Source of the DNA: an uncultured Clostridia bacterium
GTDB lineage: Bacteria > Bacillota > Clostridia > TANB77 > CAG-508
DNA: 56,833 nt
Assembly (NCBI GenBank): GCA_934167365.1
Contig: CAKPKU010000002.1
Span: 1 to 56,833, forward strand
Direction: 5' to 3'
Under the pieces are notes generated by a model. It worked only from the letters and a program-made list of their open reading frames with translations. It was not told the origin of the DNA and made no database searches. Made by a program: the position numbers and the translations under genes. Below, piece by piece: positions 38,912 through 47,716 of this stretch; within the stretch, counting starts at the first letter, position 1; each line of letters begins with the position of its first letter.

Positions 38912-38962
38912 AAAAATGTCGAATATTGCAACATGATTATCATTGCAATATTCGACATTTTT
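38912..38962. promoter_or_regulatory. Perfect 20-bp inverted repeat carrying TGTCGAA boxes, upstream of cas6
   Basis: AAAAATGTCGAATATTGCAA (38912-38931), an 11-nt loop, then TTGCAATATTCGACATTTTT (38943-38962). A further TGTCGAA at 38907-38913 lies 10 bp before the box at 38917-38923. Confidence 0.7.
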
Positions 38963-39071
38963 TGATTTAATTTAGTTGAAAAGAATATATAACCTATTGA
39001 TTTTTTATATGTTTTAATATTTAATACAAATAGAAAAATTAACCACAAAGTAAAAAAAGGAGGCACAATAT

Positions 39072-39752
39072 ATGCAATATTACAATATAAAAGTAGCTGT
39101 ATTATTAAAAAGTGATACAAAAACATTTGAAAACTATGAAAAAATATCTAAATTAATATCAGCTTCAATGCTAAAAGATCAAACATTAAAACAACTGCAC
39201 GAAGAAAACAGATATAAAAATTATGTTTTTTGTAATTTATACCCAATAGAAAAAGATGGTGTATATAAAGCTGGAAACATCTACACATTTCAAATACGAA
39301 CAATTGACTTTAAATTAGGTCTAAAAATAAAACAAGTATTAAATAACTTTCAAAACGAGGAATTTAAAGTAATTGTAAGTGACCTAGAAAGCAGTACTCA
39401 AAGAAAAATTAGTACTTTAGCCACTCTAACACCAGCTATAATAACATCAAACAAAGGTGATTATTTAATAAACAATGATATGAATTGGGTAAAAGAGCGA
39501 ATATTAGCAAATGCTCAAAAAAAGTACAACCAATTATACAACGAAAAAATAGATATGGATTTCATAAAATCAATAAAACAAACTAACAACAAACCAATAA
39601 AAATACCATACAAAAATATAAATATTCTAGGATATAAATTTGAAATAGAGGTAAAAGATGATCCAATTTCACAAAATCTGGCATATCTAATACTATCAGT
39701 AGGACTACTAGAAAAAAATGCAGAAGGCTTCGGTTTCTGTAAAGCTAAATAA
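39072..39752 (+). CDS. cas6: CRISPR endoribonuclease Cas6
   Basis: 226 aa, first gene of the operon, with a C-terminal Gly-rich loop (EGFGFCKAK). Synteny matches type I-B. Confidence 0.8.
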   Translation: MQYYNIKVAVLLKSDTKTFENYEKISKLISASMLKDQTLKQLHEENRYKNYVFCNLYPIEKDGVYKAGNIYTFQIRTIDFKLGLKIKQVLNNFQNEEFKVIVSDLESSTQRKISTLATLTPAIITSNKGDYLINNDMNWVKERILANAQKKYNQLYNEKIDMDFIKSIKQTNNKPIKIPYKNINILGYKFEIEVKDDPISQNLAYLILSVGLLEKNAEGFGFCKAK

Positions 39753-39775
39753 AAAGCAAGGAGGTGTTTTATTAA

Positions 39776-41578
39776 ATGACATATGACTTAATACAAACAT
39801 TCAAACAAATATTTAAAGATGATAAAGTTGTTTTAGATTCATACAAAATGGATGCTGGATATTACTATTTAGCAAAAAAAGATGGAACTTTACAACGATT
39901 GATTGTTAATAAGGATAATGAAAGTGATGATTATGAATTGTATAAATATTTAAAAGTAAGAGATTTTTATAGTAAATATTTAAATTCAAATAAAGCAATT
40001 GACACAGGATATACAGAAGTTATTGGAAAAACAAAATATTCAATGCTAAAAAAAATATGCAGTAACAATATATATACGTTGTTTTTCAAGAATAAATTTG
40101 TAGAAGGCTTATGCAATTCCGACAATAGCAAAGATTCTGTTAATCTAGAAATATTTAAAAAGGGAATTAACAAATATTACGAATCTTTAGGAAAGTTAGG
40201 AAGCTCTAAGGAAGAAAAAATATTATTAAGTGAGTTTTATAATAAAGAAGAGCTAGAAAAAGCTAAAAGCAAAATGATAAATGCTTTTTCTTTAGTATAT
40301 TCAGACTTCATGAAGGAAGATAAACCAAAAGAAACTTGGATAAAAATATTTTTAGAAGAAGGATATGATGAATATATAAAAGCCGCAAATATATATTTAA
40401 CACTAAAATTATTTAATACAAATAGCAACAATATTAAAGTCGATGATGAAATTTATGGTGTAAATAACTATAATTATGGACTAAATTCAAAGAAACCATA
40501 TCTAGAATTAAAATCTACACCATATAAAGTAAGCTCTTTAATATCAAAAGAAGACGTTAATATCTTAAATAATATGTATAAATGGTTATACAATAATGGT
40601 GTTAGCGAAACAGTACTAAAATTACCAAGAGAATGGGATTTCAAGGGTATTGCTACTGAAAAAAGTGATATATTAAATAAAGATTTATATTTGATAAAAG
40701 TAGCAGGAAACAATGGCGTAGCAAGAGTTGACGATTTTCAATACATAACCAATTTTACTACGAAAATCAGAAAATTTGTTGTTAATGATACAATCCGCAA
40801 AGTAGGCAATGAATTTAAAACTGAAAATATATATGGTCTTGAGTTTTATACAAGTAATACATGGATTGCTAATAATAGTAAATCTGAAAAAAATTATTTA
40901 AGAGATTCTTATTATGATTTTGAAAATAAAGTTTCAAAATCAATAGCAATATCTAATTGGAAAAAGGATTTTTTAAAGCAGAATGCAACAATATTTTTTG
41001 AATTATTTCAAAAAGAAGATGAAACAAATTTTGTTCATAATTTAAATAAATTTGGAGTGTATCTAATTGAAAATACTATTATTGAAGAATTAGAGAAAAA
41101 TAAACAATACATATCTAATCCATTTAATTCAATAAATACAATGAATTTATGGATTGCATATAAAAAGTACTTTTGTAAAGAAGGAGAGGTTGATGAAGAA
41201 ATGAAAATTAACAATGTACAAGAGGAGTGTTTCAAAATTTTGCAAGATAATAAAACAATACAAACTGATGAACAGTATTACTTTTTAGCTGGACAAATAG
41301 CTTTTTACTTGTTAACTCAAAGCAAGGCTTCAAAACTAACACAAGATATGACAGCACCATTTGTAAAAGCTGGAAATTTAAAAAAATTAAAAGATGAGCT
41401 TAGATGTTTATACGAAAAATATAATTATGAGCTATATTTACAAGATGATAGATTTAACAACATATTTTCTCAATTATTATTACAAGAGCCAGATACTAGT
41501 GTTAAAGATAATAAAGATTTAATATTAGCAGGAATGCTTTCAAGCAATATGTTTTATACAAAAAAAGAAGATAAATAG
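39776..41578 (+). CDS. cas8b: Type I-B large subunit Cas8b
   Basis: 600 aa, assigned from its position between cas6 and cas7. I recognise no strong motif. Confidence 0.7.
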   Translation: MTYDLIQTFKQIFKDDKVVLDSYKMDAGYYYLAKKDGTLQRLIVNKDNESDDYELYKYLKVRDFYSKYLNSNKAIDTGYTEVIGKTKYSMLKKICSNNIYTLFFKNKFVEGLCNSDNSKDSVNLEIFKKGINKYYESLGKLGSSKEEKILLSEFYNKEELEKAKSKMINAFSLVYSDFMKEDKPKETWIKIFLEEGYDEYIKAANIYLTLKLFNTNSNNIKVDDEIYGVNNYNYGLNSKKPYLELKSTPYKVSSLISKEDVNILNNMYKWLYNNGVSETVLKLPREWDFKGIATEKSDILNKDLYLIKVAGNNGVARVDDFQYITNFTTKIRKFVVNDTIRKVGNEFKTENIYGLEFYTSNTWIANNSKSEKNYLRDSYYDFENKVSKSIAISNWKKDFLKQNATIFFELFQKEDETNFVHNLNKFGVYLIENTIIEELEKNKQYISNPFNSINTMNLWIAYKKYFCKEGEVDEEMKINNVQEECFKILQDNKTIQTDEQYYFLAGQIAFYLLTQSKASKLTQDMTAPFVKAGNLKKLKDELRCLYEKYNYELYLQDDRFNNIFSQLLLQEPDTSVKDNKDLILAGMLSSNMFYTKKEDK

Positions 41579-41591
41579 AACGTGGAGGTAG

Positions 41592-42506
<915 letters not shown>

Positions 42507-42521
42507 AAAGGAGGATTTTAT

Positions 42522-43298
42522 ATGCTAGAAACAATAAAATTTGAGTTATCTTCTAGAATGGCAATTATAAAAAAGCCTGATAGTAATGAAACTTATTATA
42601 CATATACTTTTCCTCATAAAATAATGATCTACGGTATTTTAGGAGCAATTATTGGCTTAAATGGATATAACTATTATTCATTAAAAAAATGTTTAAAAGA
42701 AGATGTTGAAGAGCTACCAGAATTTTATTCAAGACTTTGTAATTTAAAAATTGCTATTGTTCCATATATAGATAATAAAAACTTCAAAAAGAAAATTCAA
42801 AGTTTTAATAATTCAGTTGGATATGCCTCACAAGAGCAAGGTAATAATTTAATTGTAAAAGAGCAATGCTTGGAAAATCCAAAGTGGGATATTTATATAA
42901 TGGATAATAATTCAGATGAATATAATAAAATAAAAGAATATTTATTAAATCGTAAATGTGAATATATTCCATATATTGGAAAAAACGACCATTTTGCCAA
43001 TATTAAAAATGTAGAAGTTTTCAATATTGAAAGCAAAAGTAATAGTGAAAAAATCGATAGTATTTTTGACAAAGATATATTAGCAGATTATATTGATGAC
43101 TTTGATGAAATGTTTGCCTGGAATTTTACAGGAAAAAAGGACAAAGAATACGAATATACAGAAGTAAATCCAACTAAGCTAAATGAAAAAATTGGATATA
43201 CAAATTTTAGACAATTTATTTTTACAAATAAATCTTTGAAAATAAAGAAAAATTCGGATTTATTTTTGGTAAATGGTAAAATAATTTATTATTTTTAG
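42522..43298 (+). CDS. cas5: Cas5 (type I-B)
   Basis: 258 aa RAMP protein. The N-terminus (F.L....A.IKKP.SN) and synteny support the call. Confidence 0.8.
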   Translation: MLETIKFELSSRMAIIKKPDSNETYYTYTFPHKIMIYGILGAIIGLNGYNYYSLKKCLKEDVEELPEFYSRLCNLKIAIVPYIDNKNFKKKIQSFNNSVGYASQEQGNNLIVKEQCLENPKWDIYIMDNNSDEYNKIKEYLLNRKCEYIPYIGKNDHFANIKNVEVFNIESKSNSEKIDSIFDKDILADYIDDFDEMFAWNFTGKKDKEYEYTEVNPTKLNEKIGYTNFRQFIFTNKSLKIKKNSDLFLVNGKIIYYF

Positions 43299-43309
43299 AG
43301 GTAGTGTGT

Positions 43310-45751
43310 ATGAAAAGCAAATATATAGATGAAATTATAAATGATAATAAATATACATATTATGCACATAGAAAAGAGAGCAACTGCGAAAAAGAGCTGC
43401 TCTCTTCTCATTTAAAGTTAACATATATGTATTATAAAAAAATGGAAAAATATAAAAAATTAGATGATAAAGTTATAGGTATCATTAAAGATGCATTTGG
43501 TGTGGAAGAAGAAATTGCAAAAATAATATATGAGTATTTTGAATCTGCAATTTATTATCATGATGCTGGAAAAATTAATCCGTTATTTCAAAAAGATAAG
43601 ATGCTGAATGATTTAGGGTTAACACCAAAATTCAAAGATAGTACACATGCAGCATTATCAGCGCGTATTTATATAGATTGTATGCAAAAAAATATTAATG
43701 AAGAAAATATAGATGGAAAATCTAAAATTTTATTATATTACGCAGTATACTATTTTGGATATATTATATCTAGACACCATACAAATTTAGAAAGCATTAC
43801 AGAGCTTGCAGATGCAATTAAAGGAAAAAATATTCCTCAAATATTTGATGGCTCAGATGAATTATATGAAATCCATTTAAATACAAACAGTGTAAAAAAA
43901 TTCTTTGATAGATTTGAAATTAATTCAATAAGTTTATACATATTGTGTAAAGTTTTATACTCATGTTTAGTTAGTGCTGATTTTTATGCTACATATGAAT
44001 ATATGACTGGGAATACTGTCCCAATTGATACAGATAAAAATGATAATTTATTTGATAAATATGATAACTCTGATTTAATTAAGTCTATCAGAAAATACGA
44101 AAATAAAGAAAAAGATATTTCTGGTATCAATAAATTAAGAAGTGACATATTTTTAGAGGCAGAGCACAATTTATTAAAAAATATAAATAATGATATTTTT
44201 TATATAGAAGCTCCAACTGGTGCTGGAAAAACAAATATGGCAATTAATATTGCTAAAATTCTATATAAAAATAATCCTAATATAAAATCAATACAATACA
44301 TATTTCCATTTAATGCTATTATTGAGCAAACAGATAATACATTTGGCTCTTATTTTGATAAATTTAGCGATTATATGGTTATAAATTCAGTATCTTCTAT
44401 GGTTAAGGATATAAACGAAAATTTAGATTATGAGCAATTTTATATAAAAAATGTATTTAAACATTTTCCTATTATTATAACATCACATGTTAATTTATTT
44501 AATACATTGTTTGGAACAGGCAAAGAGCCAAATTATGGCTTATATCACTTAATTGATAGTGTAATTGTTATAGATGAAATTCAAGCATACTCTAACAAAA
44601 TATGGAGAGAAATGATTGAAATGTTTAGTAAGTATTCAAGCTTATTAAATATAAAATTTGTAATAATGTCAGCTACATTACCAAGATTAGATAATTTACT
44701 TAATAAAGATAACCAAAATAGCGAAGTTTTGAATAATAGTTTTGCGAAATTTTATGCCTTAATACAAAATACAAATAAGTATTATCAAAATGAAATTTTT
44801 AAAAATAGAGTTATTTTAAATTTTGATTTATTAGGTAAAAAGATAGCAAAGGAAGAGCTTATAAAATTTATTATTATGCATAAAGATAAAAAGGTTTTAG
44901 TTGAGTGTATAAAAAAAGATACAGCTGATGAATTGTATAAATTATTATCTAATGAAGCGGATAATGTTCAAATTTTAACTGGGGATGATAACAAATATAG
45001 AAGAAATGAAATAATAAAAATGAGCAAGCAAGATGAACCAATTATTATTGTTGCAACTCAAACAATAGAAGCAGGTGTTGATATAGATATGGACATTGGT
45101 TTTAAAGACATATCATTTATTGATGGAGAAGAGCAGTTTATAGGAAGAATAAACAGATCTAGCAAAAAGAAAAATTGTATTGCGTATTTTTATAATATGG
45201 ATGATGCAAGGGGAGTTTACAAAAGTGATAATAGACTAGAATTTAGTTTGGAAAAAGAAGAGGTTAGACAATGGCTAAAGAATAAAGAATTTGATAAATT
45301 TTACAACAAAGTATTAACAAAAATATACGAAAAGTCTGAAGAATACACTAATGAAAATATAGAAAACTTCTTTGATAATTGTAAATATATTAATTATAAA
45401 AAAATTCAAAAGAAAATGGAATTAATAAGAAAAGATGATTCAATACAATTATTTCTTAATTACACAATTGATTATAATGGTTCGAAAATAAAAGGATGTG
45501 ATGTATTTGAAGAGTATAAATCTATTTACTTAGATGATTCTTTGGGATATGCAGAAAAGAAAATAAAATTATCAAGTATAGCTGAAAAAATGAGTTTATT
45601 TATGTATACAATTTATTCTAAAGATACAAACATTATAGAAGGCGAACAATTTGGAAATATGTATTATATAGAAAATGGTGAGGATTATATTGAAAACGGA
45701 AGATTTAATAGAGCAAAATATCTAGGAAATGGGGATGGTCTATTTTTATGA
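43310..45751 (+). CDS. cas3: Cas3 HD nuclease/helicase
   Basis: HD domain (YYHDAGKINPLFQ; SRHH), helicase Walker A (APTGAGKT), a DExx box (VIVIDEIQAY) and motif VI-like FIGRINR. The ATG at 43310 is preferred over the GTG at 43304 because of RBS spacing. Confidence 0.93.
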   Translation: MKSKYIDEIINDNKYTYYAHRKESNCEKELLSSHLKLTYMYYKKMEKYKKLDDKVIGIIKDAFGVEEEIAKIIYEYFESAIYYHDAGKINPLFQKDKMLNDLGLTPKFKDSTHAALSARIYIDCMQKNINEENIDGKSKILLYYAVYYFGYIISRHHTNLESITELADAIKGKNIPQIFDGSDELYEIHLNTNSVKKFFDRFEINSISLYILCKVLYSCLVSADFYATYEYMTGNTVPIDTDKNDNLFDKYDNSDLIKSIRKYENKEKDISGINKLRSDIFLEAEHNLLKNINNDIFYIEAPTGAGKTNMAINIAKILYKNNPNIKSIQYIFPFNAIIEQTDNTFGSYFDKFSDYMVINSVSSMVKDINENLDYEQFYIKNVFKHFPIIITSHVNLFNTLFGTGKEPNYGLYHLIDSVIVIDEIQAYSNKIWREMIEMFSKYSSLLNIKFVIMSATLPRLDNLLNKDNQNSEVLNNSFAKFYALIQNTNKYYQNEIFKNRVILNFDLLGKKIAKEELIKFIIMHKDKKVLVECIKKDTADELYKLLSNEADNVQILTGDDNKYRRNEIIKMSKQDEPIIIVATQTIEAGVDIDMDIGFKDISFIDGEEQFIGRINRSSKKKNCIAYFYNMDDARGVYKSDNRLEFSLEKEEVRQWLKNKEFDKFYNKVLTKIYEKSEEYTNENIENFFDNCKYINYKKIQKKMELIRKDDSIQLFLNYTIDYNGSKIKGCDVFEEYKSIYLDDSLGYAEKKIKLSSIAEKMSLFMYTIYSKDTNIIEGEQFGNMYYIENGEDYIENGRFNRAKYLGNGDGLFL

Positions 45752-46239
45752 AAATAACAGGAACTATAATTAATTATTATTTTCATTGCAAACGCCAATG
45801 TTATTTATTTGCTAATAGAATAAATATGGAAGATAATTCTGAAGATGTAAGAATTGGTAGAGTATTACATGAAATAAGAGCAAAAGATGGCAAAAATACT
45901 GAAATTAAATATGACAATATGGTTTTAGATAAGATAACAGATAAGTATATTGAAGAATTTAAAAAAAGTGATGCTGATGTACAAGCTGCACGAATGCAAT
46001 TATTATTTTATTTAAAAAATTTAGCAGATAAAGGTGTAAAAAAAGAAGGAAGATTGGTATGCAAAGAAAAAAATAAAAATGAAAAGATAGAAAAAATAGT
46101 ACTAGATGATATTACTGAAAAGGAGCTAAATCAATGCTTAAATGAAATTGAAGTATTAATAAATAGCACGAATGTACCTAATGTAGAAAATGACAAGAAG
46201 TGCAGTAAATGTGCATATTATGAATATTGTTATATATAA
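45748..46239 (+). CDS. cas4: Cas4 RecB-like exonuclease
   Basis: 163 aa with an N-terminal Cys (HCKRQC) and the C-terminal CSKCAYYEYC FeS cluster motif. It overlaps cas3 by 4 nt. Confidence 0.9.
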   Translation: MKITGTIINYYFHCKRQCYLFANRINMEDNSEDVRIGRVLHEIRAKDGKNTEIKYDNMVLDKITDKYIEEFKKSDADVQAARMQLLFYLKNLADKGVKKEGRLVCKEKNKNEKIEKIVLDDITEKELNQCLNEIEVLINSTNVPNVENDKKCSKCAYYEYCYI

Positions 46240-46252
46240 GGATGTGATGTAA

Positions 46253-47254
46253 ATGAAATCAGAAAGTAAGTATATTTTTTCAAAAGGGGACTTTACCAGA
46301 AGTGATTTCAGTATAAAATTTAAAAATGAAAGTGGAAATTTTTATTTACCAATAGAAAAAGTAAAAGAGCTATATTGTTTTAATGATGTTACCATTTCTA
46401 CTAAATTATTAGACATATTAGCAACTGCTGGAATAATAGTTCATTTTTTCAATTATTATGGAAATTATATTGGTACATTTTATCCTAAAGAGAATTTAAT
46501 AAGTGGTAGATTGATCGTAAAACAAGTTGAAACATTTCAAAATTATAGAATCGAGATTGCAAAAGCTTTTGTTAAAGGAATTGCACAAAATATTAAATCT
46601 ATATTATATCATTATTACAGACATGGTGTTAAAGAAATAAAGCCTGTTATAGATTTTTGTAATAAAGATGTTGAAAAACTATTAAGCAAGGCGAAAGATA
46701 TCAAACAAGTTTTATCTGTTGAAGGAAAAATTTGGGCAGAATTTTACGATTCTTTTAAGTTTTTTCTACCAGAAGATTTTATAATAAATAAAAGAGTAAA
46801 AAGACCACCAGACAATCCAATGAATGCGTTGATATCATTTGGTAATACATTATTATATACAAAAACAATATCAGAAATTTATAATACTCATTTAGATCAA
46901 TCAATATCATTTTTACACGAGCCAAGTGAAGCTAGATTTTCATTAAGTCTAGATTTATCAGAAGTATTTAAACCTGTAGTGGTTTATAAAACTATATTTG
47001 ATTTGGTAAATAATAAGAAAATAAAAGTAGAAAAACACTTTAATGCTAAATTAAACTATTCATTATTGAATGATGAAGGAAAGAAAATTTTTATTTCTGC
47101 TTTTGAAGATAGGTTAAACCAAACTTTTGAACATCCTGTATTAAAAAGAAAAATTACATATAAACATGCTATAAGATTAGATGGATATAAATTGATAAAA
47201 TTTATCACAGAAGGAAAAGAATTTATACCGTTCGATATAGAAAAAAAGGAATAG
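46253..47254 (+). CDS. cas1: Cas1 integrase
   Basis: 333 aa with conserved Cas1-type segments (EGKIWAEFY, RPPDNPMNALISFGNTLLY, SFLHEP). Confidence 0.95.
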   Translation: MKSESKYIFSKGDFTRSDFSIKFKNESGNFYLPIEKVKELYCFNDVTISTKLLDILATAGIIVHFFNYYGNYIGTFYPKENLISGRLIVKQVETFQNYRIEIAKAFVKGIAQNIKSILYHYYRHGVKEIKPVIDFCNKDVEKLLSKAKDIKQVLSVEGKIWAEFYDSFKFFLPEDFIINKRVKRPPDNPMNALISFGNTLLYTKTISEIYNTHLDQSISFLHEPSEARFSLSLDLSEVFKPVVVYKTIFDLVNNKKIKVEKHFNAKLNYSLLNDEGKKIFISAFEDRLNQTFEHPVLKRKITYKHAIRLDGYKLIKFITEGKEFIPFDIEKKE

Positions 47255-47282
47255 AAGCGGAGAAACGGAGGAATTTTCAAAT

Positions 47283-47570
47283 ATGGCAAAGAATATTAAT
47301 TATAATTATGTTTTTTTATTTTATGATGTAGGAGTAAAAAGAGTTAACAAGGTTTTTAAAAAATGTAAAAAGTATTTAAATCACTGGCAAAAATCAGTAT
47401 TCAGAGGACCTTTAACAAATTCAGAAATATTAGAGCTAGAAAATGAACTAAAAAAGATAATAAACAAAGAAGAAGATTTTATTTCAATAATCAAAATAAT
47501 GGATTTCAAAAAAATAGGCGAAACAACATTAGGAACAGCAGATAAGAATACTGAAGACATATTTATATAA
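47283..47570 (+). CDS. cas2: Cas2
   Basis: 95 aa with the typical Cas2 N-terminus (FLFYDVGVKRVNKVFK...QKSVF). Confidence 0.9.
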   Translation: MAKNINYNYVFLFYDVGVKRVNKVFKKCKKYLNHWQKSVFRGPLTNSEILELENELKKIINKEEDFISIIKIMDFKKIGETTLGTADKNTEDIFI

Positions 47571-47716
47571 AAAAGAATTTTCCAAGGGAATTACAGAAAT
47601 GCTTGAAAAATCGAAGGTTTGAAAAATAGTAATTAGCTGGAAAAAATGTTGGAAAGATATTGATTGTTTGGGATTTATGGTGTATAAGTATAAAGAAGAT
47701 GCCAGTAGTGGCGTTA
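47571..47716 (+). promoter_or_regulatory. CRISPR leader
   Basis: 146-nt AT-rich spacer between cas2 and the first, perfect repeat. The degenerate repeats lie at the opposite end of the array. Confidence 0.7.

Noticed and set aside
28546-39071. Prophage, ICE or IS origin of the island
   Set aside because: I found no integrase, transposase, terminal inverted repeats, or phage structural or replication genes. The only tRNA in the window is 28 kb away.
38875-39126. 83-aa minus-strand ORF overlapping the cas6 start and the palindrome
   Set aside because: It overlaps the cas6 RBS and start codon and the 20-bp inverted repeat, and its hydrophobic low-complexity product is typical of AT-rich noise.
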